The translations under genes and the position numbers were made by a program. The notes beneath the pieces are model-generated. The model saw nothing but the letters and a program-made list of their open reading frames with translations, was not told the origin of the DNA and made no database searches. From the human T2T-CHM13v2.0 reference genome, Homo sapiens, in NCBI RefSeq assembly GCF_009914755.1, contig NC_060928.1: 64,000 bases of DNA; one strand, written 5' to 3'. This document shows positions 14,793 through 28,187 of this stretch, piece by piece; position 1 is the first letter of the stretch; each line of letters starts with the position of its first letter.

Positions 14793-17682
14793 CCTGTTTA
14801 ATTGGTAAACAGCAAAGACATTCTTTTGACAGCTGGTAGACTGCTGTAGAGGACCTCACTTCTGGAAGGGTAGCAGCAAAAGAGATTTTCTTGAGTTCCT
14901 TCACATATTTTTTCCTTTGGCTTAGCTCAGTTCCTGCCCAAAAAGGATGGGACTGCGAAATGTAATTTTCCTCTCTTATTCTGCCCTTGTAGCTCTTAGA
15001 ATATTTAAATTGTGCCTGGTCATCCTTTATCCTTTACCATGATAACACACTTAACACTTCCTAGTGGATAATCCTTTTTCAATAGCTTTAAGAAGTACTT
15101 TTTAATAAAATTCTTACTACTTAAGTAAAACTCGTATTCATCATAGAAAATTTAGAAAAAACAGGGACGTAAGAAAGGAAACTAAAAATTACCTGTAATT
15201 TTGCTACCCAGAAATCCATCACTGCGGATGTACATCCTTCAAACAAATATATTATAATTATTTAGGTACTCTGGTTTTAAAGAATTTAACAATAATAGCA
15301 CATATATAACACTTTTTAATGTGCCAAGAAGTTTTCTAACTTAATCTTCACAGGGACCTGCAATTATTGTCCCTGTGTTACGGGTAAGTAAACTGAGGTC
15401 CAGTATATCTGTATTCATACGCACGTTTTCACTCACTGAGCACTAGAGAATAACTTTTTAACACGACATGAAGTGTATCTCATTTGTTCACATTTTGACA
15501 AAAGCCTTTAATGACACACTTTCTCACACTCATAGATTTGGGTAAACGATGAAAGAATATTAGAAAGCCTGAAATAGTTTTAATAACTGCTTTTAAAAAT
15601 ACACACACATACATTTCTTTCATCTCTACATAAGGCCAGTGCAGAGGTCAGCATTTATCAGAGGTTACCTCGGGGTCGAGCTGCTGGAGAAGGGCATAGA
15701 TCATTGTTAATGTCCCGTGCAGTGTGATTAGGATGAAAGGGACCATTCTGAGGTATCTACTGACTCCTTTCCCTAACACCTTAGGTTACATCTTCTTATG
15801 CTTTATGAGATCTGGAAAACACATGGGCATAATGTCCTTATTAAGTTCAGAGAATAATAGAGAAGCCAGAAGGTGATTTAAAACCTAGGACATAGCATAT
15901 TAGGAGTTCTGGTATTCATCTCCATTGCCAGACAGAAGAATCAGTAAAATGTCAAATAAAGCTGCATTTTAAAAAGCTGCTACATCTCTGCATCGAAGGA
16001 AAGTTGCCAAATATAATTACTATACTTTTTTCTATACCTTGTGACAAAATATTAAATACATTTGATATATATATAAAACACTTTGTGATTGTAATATCTT
16101 TGCCACCTTGATTCCTGAATAATGCAAGAACAAATTCACTCTATATTCTAATAAATATTAACAAACAGAATATATTACATTAAATAATCACTCATATATC
16201 ACTATAATATACTATATATTGCAAATGTAACTCTATGTTACTACAATTTGACCAGTATGACTATACACTAAATGTCCTCCAAATTTAATCTTTATGAAAC
16301 AGCAACTTAACTCTCTTGTACACCACTGTATCTCCAGTGCCTAGAATAGTTTGTGCGAGGTACATACATTATATCTATATTCATTCATTTAATAAATGCG
16401 TATGGCTATATACTATTAACAAGGAAATGAAATACAAAGAGGATAAGTAACTGATTTAGGTTCACTTAGCTAGCATTCAGGAGTTTGAATTCAGGATTAC
16501 TCCTAAAACAATCCACCACCACTACTGCCAACAGTGAAGAGACAGGGAAAGATCAGAGTGAGAGCTGGTGCTGTGGAGCTCACATACATCCTTGGGTCTG
16601 CCCTAAGAATGTGCCATTAGGTAACACTTTTAGTCCTAGAATTTGAGGAGCACTATTATGATCCATGTCTCCATCTGCTTGATTACAGGTATATATGTAG
16701 AACTGTATTACAGGCATATATGTAGACATACATGTAGATCAGCATAGATTGTAACTCTGTAAAGAATAGAATTCATGTTTTATTCATATTCATGATTATG
16801 GAGCTCGTATAGCACTTTGTATACAGTGGAAACACAGTAAAGTTCTGATTAATTGAATTAGAAAAATGCATTATGTTAGTTGCATAACTCCTTCTGAATG
16901 CACATCCACAGTTGTGGATATTAACCAATGGCGATAAGACCCTCTTACATAGCTGTGGCATTCAGAAGGAGGGCTACAGTTTGGGACAAAGAGAAGCTAT
17001 AAAAACAGTTTTTCAAAATGAAGAAGTGCTTCAGTTCCAGAGGAAATGAGATATGAGGAAGTGTTCCCAAGCACAAAAGAGTAAAGTAGCCATCCTAACT
17101 ACTCCAAGTTAGATACAAAGCAAGAACTTGGTCAGTTGATCAAGACAGAAATCATTAACTTAAACTGAAGAAAACAGGGCAAAGCCAGACTTGAAGCAAA
17201 CTTGATTAAATGTTTCATTTTCCCATTTTTCTCTCTCTTTTTCTTTCAGTATCTTTCTCATCTTTCCCTTTATTTTTTTCTTACCTTCAATATGAAAGTG
17301 ACGTATCTTAAAAGTCAAGGTTACACATGGAAAAACTGTAACATCATTTTTAAAAAATGGCAATGGACAACTAATGATGGGAACAATAGTTACCCTAGAC
17401 AGTGAAGACTAGAGATACTATTGCTATGGTGCACAAAAGCAAATGCTTATCTTTCAGGCATACAAAGCAAAACAGGAACATAACAGGATCTATCACTCGC
17501 AATAGCTAATAATACAGAAAACCAAATTATCAGGATGAGATATTTTCCTAGGTCTGAAATCTGAGAAGTAACATTGCATGAGTCTATTTTGGGGAATTTT
17601 TGGAATCACATATAATATTGTAATTAGGCCCTGAAGGAAAGAAAAAAAAGAAGATAGTAACTTGGTGTAAATAATGAATTCA

Positions 17683-17990
17683 GGCTGGGTGCAGTGGCTC
17701 ACACCTGTAATCCTAGCACTTTGGGAGGCCAAGGCAGGTGGATAACCTGAGGTCAGGGGTTCCAGAGACCAGCCTGGTCAACATGATGAAACCCTGTCTC
17801 TACTAAAAATACAAAAAGTAGCCAGGTGTGGTGGCACATGCCTGTAATCCCAACTACTTGGGAGGCTGAGGCAGAATTGCTTGAACCTAGGAGATGGAGG
17901 TTGCTGTGAGCTGAGATCATATCACTGCACTCCTGCCTGGGAGACAGAGCAAGACTGCATCTCAAAAAATAATAATAAATTAATTAATTA
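17683..17990 (+). mobile_element. Alu (AluS)
   Basis: Full dimer; decayed AT-rich tail; TSD-like AATTCA on both sides. Confidence 0.95.
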
Positions 17991-18029
17991 ATACGTTAAT
18001 TCATAAAGATAAAATAGAAAAAATCACCG

Positions 18030-20200
18030 ATGCAGGTGAAGACAAGATCTAGAAGACTGAAGGAAATATCGAATGTGCACCACTGGTGTGGTCACCAATC
18101 AGGCATACTGCCCCCAGGGGATACCTGTATCAAACTAGTAGACTGGCCTAGAAGTGCCACCAACTTGCTCGCCAGCCAGGTGCACAGTTTCCAGGGGTTT
18201 CCTGCCCCAAAGCAGTGCACCAGCCCCTGTGCTCACCACCCAGGTATGCCATCCCCAGCGGATCTCTGCCCAAACCCAGCAGACTGGCTCCCCACATGCC
18301 TCAAGCACAGTTAGCAGCTAGGTACATCATTTCCAGGGGGTCTCCATCCCAAAGCTGTGGTTCATTCAGCATACTCACCAGGGAGATATGCCACATCCAG
18401 GGGGACCCTGCTATGAGCTGGTGGACTCCTGAACTCACCAGCCAGGTGTGTTACTCCCAGGGGAGCCTTATCCTGATTCAGGGGACTTGCCATACAAACT
18501 CCTACAGAGAGACCACCAAGGAACTAGCGTATGTTCCTGAATTCAACTATAGCTGAATGAACTGTTCAGGGATTACACTACTGCACTCACCTGGAATCAA
18601 AGCCAACACACTCTACTCAACTAACAACCCAAGGCATATCTGCAGGTGAAAGTCTTTTCCTACAAAAGCCACTCTATAAAATTGGAAGAGGTGACTGTTC
18701 CACCAGATGCACAGATATCAACATATGCACAAAAAAAAAAACATAACAAAGCAAATAAACATGACACCACCAAAGAAGCACACAAAAAAATTCTCCAGTA
18801 AATGACCCTAAATAAATGAAAATTTATGAATTGCCTGAAAAGAAATTCAAAATAATTGCTTTATGGAAACTCAGCAAGCTGCAAGAGAATACCAATAGGA
18901 AATTCAATACAATCAGCAAAAAAATCTATAATCTGAATTCAACAAAGAGATGGATATCATTAAAAAAGAACCAAACAACAATCTTGGAACTGAATAAATC
19001 AATAGATAAAATAAAAATACGGTTGAAAGCATCAATAGCTTTCAACTAGATAAAAGAAGAATTTCTGAACTTGAAGACAGGTTTTTTGAAACACAGTGAG
19101 AGGAAAAAGAGAAAATGCATGAAAAAGAATAAAGAACATCTACATGACTTACAGGACACTATTAAGCAAAGGCATAGAAAGGCAGAGGAAGTTTGTTTAA
19201 CAAAATAATAGCTGAAAAGTTCCTGACTCTTGGGAGAGATACAGACATCCAGATACCAGAAACACAAAGGATCCCATACAGATTCAACCCAAAGAGGTCC
19301 TCTCCAAGGCACATTATAATCAAACTGTCAAAAATCAAAGACAAAGGGGGAATTACAAAAGCAGCATGAAAAATCTATTAAATCACATATAAAGGAATCC
19401 ATGTTAGACTATCAGCAGATTTCTCAGCAGAAACCTTGCAGGCTACAAGAGAATGGAAGGATATATTCAAAGTGCTGAAAAAAAAAAACAAAACTGCCAG
19501 CCAAAAATACTATTGTCAACAAAGCAATCCTTCAAAAGGGAAGAATAAATAAAGCCTTTCCTAGACAAGCAAAAGCTGAGAAAATGTATCCCCACAAGAC
19601 AGGCCTTACCAGAAGTGCTTAAGGGAGTGCTTCAACTGAAAGTGAAAGGATAATAACTACTAATGTGAAAACATATGAAAGGATAAACCTTGCTGGTAGA
19701 GGCAAATTCACAGAGAATTCCATTAATATAATAGCAGTATATAAACTTCTAAATCTCCAGTATGAAGGCTAAAATCAGAATGCTCAATGATTACATCTAC
19801 AATAAAATATTAAATAATAGACAACATAAAAAGATCTAAACCAACACCACAAAATTTTAAACTGCGAAGTGGGAGAGGAGAAAAGTCTAGAGTATTTGTA
19901 TGTGACCAGAGTTAAGCTGTCACAGTTTAAAATAGCTTCTTATAATTATACAAAATCTTAAGTAAGCCCCATTGTAGCTACAAAGATATTACTCTATTTA
20001 ACAATAATGTACCTAATATTTCTAAATAGCTAGAAGAGTGAATTTTGTATATTCTTACAACAAAGAAATGATAAACACTTGAGATGAGGGATATGCTAAT
20101 TACCCTGATTTCATCATTTCACAGGGTATACATGTATCAAAACATCACATGGTACTACAGAAATATGTACAATTTTTATGTATTAATTAAAATTGTTTAA
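18030..20200 (+). mobile_element. L1MA-type element: 5'UTR, ORF1 remnant and inter-ORF region joined directly to a 3'UTR end, ORF2 absent
   Basis: ORF1p-like remnant MKIYELPEKKFKIIALWKLSKLQENTNRKFN (18816-19049); ORF1 motif GTTAGACTATCAGCAGATTTCTCAGCAGAAACCTTGCAGGC (~19402); L1MA 3' end GATATGCTAATTACCCTGATT...ATGTACAATT (20090-20175). Confidence 0.8.
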
Positions 20201-20762
20201 AATGACTAAAGAAGATAGGCAGAAATAAGTAATCACAAAAAAAGGAAGCACAAAGAAGGTAAAACCACAGAATAATTTTCACAATTTACTTGAATATGAC
20301 AAAATGTGTATGTAAAAATGGTATAAAATCCCACTGGCCAATATCTGTCAGGGTAAATGCCTACATTTTCCCAGGAATGTACTCATCACTTCTGTATAGG
20401 TTTCCTTGACTGAAATAATTAGTATTAAGAACTCTTATTTTAATGTGGTGGCTACTGAATTAAAAAAAATTTAAGCTGTTTTATATAAAGTTATTATGTT
20501 ATCTTTTAATATGTTACTTTAAAAAAAGCCTTGCTCCATTTCTGAATGCCAGATTACTACATAGAGTTGATCTTTTGCTCATGTGAAGGTATAGGAAAAA
20601 CAATGTAGGTTTTGGAATTAGATAGATCCAGTTTTGAATTTAACCTCCTTTGCTGTAACCTATTGACTGACCTTAAGCACGTCAGTCACTTGGCACTTGG
20701 CCTTTTTAAAAGTATAATATGAAGTAAATAACTTCTTTAGCTCTAAATAGTTGTTGACAATA

Positions 20763-21201
20763 TGCTATGGTTTCATAATTTATCCCCTCTGAAACTCATG
20801 TTGAAACTTAATCCTCGATGTGGCAGTATTGAGAGGTGGGGCCTTTAAGAGGTGATTTGGTCATGAGGGCTCTGCCCTCATGAATGAATTAATCCATTCA
20901 TGAATTAATAGAAATGAATTGATGGGTTACTGGATTAATAGAGTGGGACTGGTGGCTTTATAAGAAAAGAAAGAGAGCCCTGAGTTAGCAGCTTAGCATG
21001 CTGAGTCCCCTGGCCATGTGATGCCCTGCACCACTTCAAAACTATGAAGAGGATCCCCATCAGCAAGAAGGCTCTTACCAGATGTGGCCCCTCAACCCTG
21101 CATATCTCAGCTTCTATAAATATAAGAAATAAATTCCTTTTCTTTATAAGTTACTCAGTTCCAGCTATTCTATTATAAGCAACCAAAAATGGACTAATAC
21201 A
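20763..21201 (+). mobile_element. MaLR solo LTR, MST (MSTB/MSTC-like), inserted in a MIR
   Basis: TGCTATGGTTT start, AAACTCATGTTGAAACTTAATCC, GAGGGCTCTGCCCTCATGAATG, end AAATGGACTAATACA. Confidence 0.88.
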
Positions 21202-22489
21202 ACTATTAAATGAGGTTCTATACACAATGTCCCCAGCAAGTTTCTAGGCATATATTTGATAAGTAATGGGTCTATCCTCTGCTCTGCTCTGACGGGATTG
21301 GCACTCCATATCTAAAGTAGGTAAATGAAACATATACATGCCATATAATAAAAAAGAAACCTTCAAAGGAAAGAATTTCCTAATATTTATACAATGAAAG
21401 CAACCTTAAGAAAATAATCCTATATTACCATTCTTAAATTGTTTTGGATTCAACAATTCCACCCTTAAATACCTTATTCAAGATGAAAGGCATAGTGCCA
21501 GGTAACATATGTATTAAAATAAATAGTGTAATGGAGCACAGATATTAGTAACTAAATATTGTGTTAGTCAAGTTCTGAGAAAAACATTATGAGATTGTTG
21601 AAAGGTGAACAAATGAGACCTTTCACACTTATTCTACTAAAAGTAAAGAAATAAATCTGAAGGTTGCTAATCAGCCGTACATTTAAATATTGTGCATATT
21701 ATTAAATGTATGCAGCACGGTAGTGAGTTTTTGCCTTCCATGAATAACATTTCCTCTCAAAAAAAGGTTTCAGTGGTCACATTTTATCCTAAGAAATGCG
21801 TAAGACCCAGGATTCTTCAGTACAAAATAGCAATATTTGTATTCCTGCACGTTGAGCTTCAGTTTTCCCAAATCAAATTGAAAGTCTGATCTCTCCTTTT
21901 CTAATAAATACAAATCAAATTTAGTTATTCCCTTATCCTTGCTCTACCACCTGAGACCCACCAGTTTTCAGAGTTCTTTTTAAAAAGTTTTTCATTAAAA
22001 CAAATCTGTGTAATATGGCAACCACGCTTGTTTAGTTCTATAAAATTATTTTAAGGTTTTTCCTGATGTATTTTGTTAACCAGAAAATATTTCAATATTA
22101 TGGCTAACCTCAAGGTACCAGCAAAAATTTTTCTTCTAATCCTCTATGGAACTTTTTTAAAAGTTCAAAAAGCTGTGTCTCATAATATTTGTAATAATTT
22201 CCTGACCCAGCATAGGACTCACCAGAGAGCCAAAGTGGGCTACAGAAAAGTAATTCCTCTGGTTCACTTCTTATAAGCTTCCCATGGTTCCCAAGAATTG
22301 TGTAAGGTTGTGTAAGGCCAGAGTCCAGTTGATAGTTCAGAGATTGGTTGGCCTATAGCAGAAGTATTCTTCATGTTGACAAATGAAGTACTGAAATGTG
22401 AACAACAGCACATTCTATGTTAGGCCACACAAACCTATTTCACTACCACAATAAAAAATTCTCATGGCAAATCAAAATGATAATTTTAG

Positions 22490-23275
22490 CCATCCATATG
22501 TTCAAAAAATCTTTATTGAGCATTATGATATGCCAGGCCCTATTTTACTTGGTAGGGAAACATTAATAAAGAAAATAAAGAAGAGTCTTCATCCTTAAGG
22601 AGCTTACATTCTGATGGGAAAAGAGAGATACAAACCAGGACCAACTAATCCATTAGGCACAGTAGGCACAGAGCATAAGGCTTGTAATTCCCAAAGGGTC
22701 CTACAAAAAATATTTTCATTTCACTGTCTTTTAAAATCAAAATAAAAATTATAAATATTACAATAATACATCCATGCTAGATTATATTTGTCTTTATATC
22801 AATGTAGATGTAAAATGTAATTTAAAATATTTTTTCATGGCTGAAGAGGCCCAGGAAAGTCATATTGTGGACACGTGAAAAGCACAATGAATGAGTATGG
22901 GTATATTAGAAGGTGAGAAGCTCTGTGGAGGAAGAAAAGGAAGTGTGATAAACTGTCGGGTAAGGTTGTTTGTAATTTTACATAGAGTGTTAGAGAAAGC
23001 ATCACTGGGAAGCAACATTTGTGCAAAGAGTGGAAGGAGGTTAGGTAAACAGCCATGCAGATCTCTGGGTGAAGAATATTCTAGAAGCAGATGCAAAGCC
23101 CCAAGATAGAAGGAGCAACAAGAAGGCCATTAGGCTGCAGCAAAGTGATCTCTGGGGAGAGGAGCTAAAGGCGAGGCCATATGCCTCAGGGATCAGATGT
23201 GTAGGGCTTTGTAGGCCACTTCAGTTTTATTCTCAGTGAGATAGGAAGCAACTGGAGGTTTTGGGGCAAGCACCC
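22490..23275 (-). mobile_element. L2 LINE 3' fragment interrupted by MER96B and MLT1
   Basis: TTTATTGAGCATTATGATATGCCAGGC; CCTTAAGGAGCTTACATTCT; AGCCATGCAGATCTCTGGG; GGAAGCAACTGGAGGTTTT. Confidence 0.7.
22636..22876. mobile_element. MER96B-like hAT-Tip100 MITE
   Basis: TAGGCACAGTAGGCACAG; GATTATATTTGTCTTTATA; GGCCCAGGAAAGTCATA. Confidence 0.7.
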
Positions 23276-24034
23276 TGTTATGGGTTGAATTGTGGACCCC
23301 CAAAAGTTATGTTGGGCTGGGTGCGGTGGCTAATGCCTGTAATCCCAGCACTTTGGGAGGCTGAGGTGGGCGGATCACCTGAGGTCAGGAGTTCAAGATC
23401 AGCCTGGCCAACATGGTGAAACCCTGTCTTTACAAAAATACAAAAATTAGCCAGGCATGATGGCAGATGCCTGTAATCCCAGCTACTCAGGAGGCTGAGG
23501 CGAAAGAATCCCTTGAACTCAGGAGACGGAGGTTGCAGTGAGCCGAGATTGCGCCATTGCAGTCCGCAGTCCGGCCTGGGCAACAGAGCGAGACTCCGTC
23601 TCAAAAAAAAAAAAAAAAAAAAAAAAACTTTATGTTGATGCCCTAACTCCTGACACTGGTGAATGTGACTTATTTAGAAATGGGGTCTTTACAGACGTAA
23701 TCAGATTAAAATGAGGCCACTAGGGTGGGCCCTAATCCCAAATGACTGGTATCCTTACAGGAAAAGGAAAACACTATGTGGAAGCAAGACACACAGGGAA
23801 AACATCCTGTGATGACAAAGGCAGAGATTCGAGTGCTGCAGCTGCAAGCAAAGGCACACCAGGGATTGAAGGCCATCACCAGAAGCTGGGAAGAGACAAG
23901 GAGGGATTGGAACATGGCCCTGCTGTCACCTTGATTTTGAACATCTAACCTCCAGAACTGTGAGACAAGTTTATATTGTTTTAAGTGATGCAGTTTGTAG
24001 TACTGTGTTATGGAAGCCCCAGGAAACTAACACT
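23276..24034 (+). mobile_element. MaLR solo LTR (MLT1B/C-like) split by an Alu
   Basis: Canonical start TGTTATGGGTTGAATTGTG; resumes after the Alu with TATGTTGATGCCCTAAC; end GCCCCAGGAAACTAAC. Confidence 0.88.
23315..23627 (+). mobile_element. Chimeric Alu: AluS body with AluYb8-type 3' end
   Basis: S-type GATCACCTGAGGTCAGG and GGAGGTTGCAG, but Yb-type GAGATTGCG and 7-bp duplication GCAGTCCGCAGTCC (23559-23572); pure A25 tail; TSD core TTATGTTG. Confidence 0.9.
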
Positions 24035-27000
24035 GTGACTTTGTTCTAATAGTATCTCTCTGGCTGAATGTTGAGAATAAACTAGAGCTAGGTGAAGGGT
24101 AGGAATAGGAGGCTAACTTTGATCAAGTGTCCTCGGAGGCAGATTCATAGGAAATTGCAAATAGGAGGTTTTTCCAGGAATGCTCTTGGGAGCAAGATGG
24201 GGTGGGGGTGGTGTTGCATGGTGCGAGGAATTAGGAACTTAGCATTGGCAAGAGAGAGAAGTGGGGCTGCAAAGAAGAGGCAAAGAGCCCTCAGGCACTC
24301 CAACGGAGAAAGAGCTGGAGTGGTGAATATGGAATAGCCTTTCCCAGTCATCATCTACATGTGAGGAGTGGGCCGCCTCTAAGTAATGCTGTGTAGTATA
24401 GGTATTGAATGTGGGCTAACCATTTGAGCAGATGTAACCTTGAGCAAGACAGCTTCGTTCAGCAAACAGAAGGAAATACTTGAGGAACTCATCTGTGAGC
24501 AGCTACATTCCTCAAGCTGCAGAAATGAATACTTTCATCCTGGGGAGGAGGAATATGTGAGCTGTTCACAGCATCCTTGAAACAGGACATTGCACCTACA
24601 GAGGAGAGATTCAAACAGCACAAGAAAACACGGATATTAGAGTGCATGGAATTCTGTGTGCATGAATAGTGTAGTTGTGTGTTTACATGTCCTAGCAAGG
24701 ATCTTCCATTTGTACAGCACTCAAGATGTTTAACATACTGTACTTAATATGGTGGCGACAATAACCCTGTGATGTAGGTAAAGACAGGTATTTTAATATG
24801 CCCATTTTACTTATAAGGAATATAAAGCCCAGAAATGTTGAGTGATTTGACCAATAACACAGAATTAGTTTGTGTTAGGAATGGGACTGAAAACATGGTC
24901 TTCTGAATCCATGTCTTGAGCTCTTCATACCAGGCCATTTGATTCAAGTATTACTTTGGTTATGTGGCAGTGCTCAGGCTACACACTTCTGCATATTCTT
25001 CTACGCTTCATTATTTCTGAATCATCAAGGCAGTGTATAGGAAGAACTGGATTTCTATTTTTCAAACTCACATCCATTTCATTCTAGACCTAAACCTAGA
25101 CTACATTTGCCAACCCCTCTTACATTTAGGTGTAGCCATATGACTGAGCGTTTATGAATGGAATCTGAATGGAGGTGATAAAGATCATCCAGACCCATAA
25201 AAAAATGCTAAGAAAATCGTCCCTTCCTCTTTTCCCACGGGCTGCCTAGTGCAGCCTTGAAAGCCATGTGTTAAGATGAAGGAATCTTCATCAGCCTGGA
25301 CCTCTGAATGTCTAAAAAGAACAAAGATACTCACATACTACCACTCCCCTCCAGTTTGAAGTTCTGATCCAGGATTCTCTCAATCATTAGAAAAATCAGA
25401 AACACAATATGCATATCCTTATGTGGGATATTACAGTATAGATTTGGAATTTTATTTCATGGCACTTTGCATAAGTATAACTAATATATCTTATTTAAGT
25501 CTAATATTGAATAGCTTAACCTAAGAATATAGAAAGCTGTTGGCAAGTGCATGTTCAATCTTTTGACCATTTAGTGAGATAAACTGAGAGAATATTATTA
25601 TGTTATTTTCCTAATTGTTAAATCTCTGAGAGGCAACATGAAACAATATAAACAAATACATAAATAAGCACATAAATGAATGAATGAATAAATAAATGCT
25701 TCTGGTTTGCATCATTCTAACTAAAAAGATGCTAGAGAAGGAGGGAATATTTATCTATTCCAGTGCTCATAATAATTAAAAAAAAAAAGACCCAGGGAAG
25801 CCTGGTTTAAGTCTTGTGGCTATCCCTAAACAAATCACTGGGGTAAAGCTGGTTGCAATATTTTATGTGGCCTGGATAATTTGCCTTTCCTATGTGGGTT
25901 GGGTATCATGATGGACATACCATTACTAGTACATAAAATGAAGAGTAGAAGGATACCCAAGGAAGAGGCATGCTATTTCCAGAAGTGGAAAGAGATAAAT
26001 GATCAGACAAAACCCATTAATAACTGCTATGAAGTTGTGCTGGCTTCATCAAAAGGTGAATGTACCATGACATTACAATGGCTGTTTTCTAGAAACTAAG
26101 TATAGGCACGTAGTTGGATCTTAGGAAAGAAATAAAATGAAGATTCAGAAAACCACCCCAAATCTCTCCCTGCATTTCATCTGGGCTCCTCTCTCTGCAT
26201 GTGCTTCAAGCCGCTTTCTGCAGATTCCTATTATCTTTACCTCTGCTCAGTGGCTAAAAGCAGGTTCAACTGATGATATAATAGTTCATGTCTCCCATCA
26301 AGAGCAAATCACCTCTGATTCTTGAATTGCTATGGCAGAGAAAAGAGGGCCACACCACAGTTAGATAGTTTACATGGCCTGTTGAGAGAAAGAAACAATG
26401 ATTCTCTTAGCTCCAATTCCAACTTCCCTAAGAAGAACTGATTAGCTTGCTAATCAAGGAAGTTACCCCTTTCCCTCCCTGATCCAATAAACTGTAGCCA
26501 GTGGGGAAGTTTCTCATTACAAAAACTTGCCCTTGGAATCTCCACCATGTAAGCAGAGAGTCAGTAAAGTAAATATGTTTATATGGTATATACTTTACTG
26601 GATTTTTTAGCCTTAGTCATTATATCCTCCGTATTTTAACATCATTGTTAATAAAGTAGAAATAATGCCCACGTTGCTTGTTTTGGGGGAGGATTAATTA
26701 CAATGAAAAAAAAAAAGCCCTAGCACATAGAAAGTTATGCTCCTTGCATTAAAGAAGGTTATGGTCTAAAATCAAACCATAAGAAAAAAATTGTCATTCT
26801 TATTTATTTTGAGTAAAAACATTGTCTTCTGACTCTATAACATAATTAGATGATTGCCAAGCTCTATTCCAGTTATTTAATGCCAATGATTTTCCCCCCG
26901 TTGATTCCAAACCATTAAACAAATAAAACAAAACAAAAAATCAAATGCACTTTAAAATCAGGAGATTTGTTCATATCTTAAGGCTATTCCAAATCATGCC

Positions 27001-27290
27001 ACAGTAGAAAGAGATTTCAAAAGGATTCAACTTGATTTGAGTAACGGCAGCCTCTCCTGGACAAGGTGACTAATTTGAATTTGATAACTCTCATTTAGAT
27101 GAATAAATTCTATTAATCTATAATCTTAAGAGAATGATAGATATATTAATATTAATCAGGCATAGTTTAATAGATACTGATGTATTTATACATCTTATGT
27201 ATTTAATATTATATATTATACAGCACTTATCTTGAATTATTTCATTCACCAGACATTTATTGAATACCTGCTATGGGTCTGAGCAATGTA

Positions 27291-28187
27291 TGAGGGACTT
27301 AAAATTCATGGAAATGTAATTAAAATATAAAAGTAAAAAATATAAACTTTATTTCTCAACATAAGCTCTATCAAGTTCAAGGCACTTTAGTAAACAATGA
27401 TCCCAGCCATTTAGTACATTCCTAAAGAACTGAGGGTCCTGGGAAGTTTACCACTTCCACCTCTTGGTAACCATTGCTTTGATTGTGCTTTGTCCTTAGG
27501 ATCATGCTGGTAAAGCCATGTTCCATCTATTATTAAAATTCTTCAAAGAAATTCTTCAGGATCTTAATCTCACTTATTTAAAATCTCCATTGAAAGCTCT
27601 GCTCTTGTCTGCAGCTGATCTGGGCTCAATGATTTTGTCACCCATTGAGTGGAAGGTTTGCTCAACTTTAATTTTTCACTCAGAATTGTGTAAGCTGAAC
27701 TAATTGGGATGTCTATGGTCTTGCCTATTGTCTCTGTTGTTAATTATTGGTCCTGTTTAGTTAGGTCACAAACAAGATGAATTCTTTTCCTTGAAAATTG
27801 ATGTAGATGGTCTGCGTCTGTGGGCTTCATCTTCAGCGTTGTCTCATCCCTTCTTAAAACTAGTTATCCATTTGTAAATGACTGGTTTCTTTGGAGCATT
27901 CTTGTCATAAACTTTTTAAAGCTTCAGTGAGCTCACCATTCTTCTACCTAAGCGTCATGATAAATTTGATGACTGGTTTTGCTTTAATTGTAGCAGAATG
28001 CATGTTTCTCTGCTAGGGGCTCTTTTCAAACTTTTGTTTTACCTTTCTCAGAGCCTTAAATGAGATCATCATCAGTCATGTTATAACAAGTTAGTATGAG
28101 TTTATTTTGGTGCAGTAAAGTTTTGAAATCCATGCATAGTTTTTATTAATAATATGTACTTTCTGTGAACATTTTGAAGACCCCTCA
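27291..28187 (-). mobile_element. HSMAR2 mariner transposon, internally deleted, both TIRs retained
   Basis: TIRs TGAGGGACTTAAAATTCATGGAAATG and (reverse complement) TGAGGGGTCTTCAAAATGTTCACAGAAAG, resembling HSMAR2 CGAGGGGTCTTCAAAAAGTTCATGGAAAATG; TA on both sides (27289-90, 28188-89); decayed transposase start on the minus strand. Confidence 0.88.
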
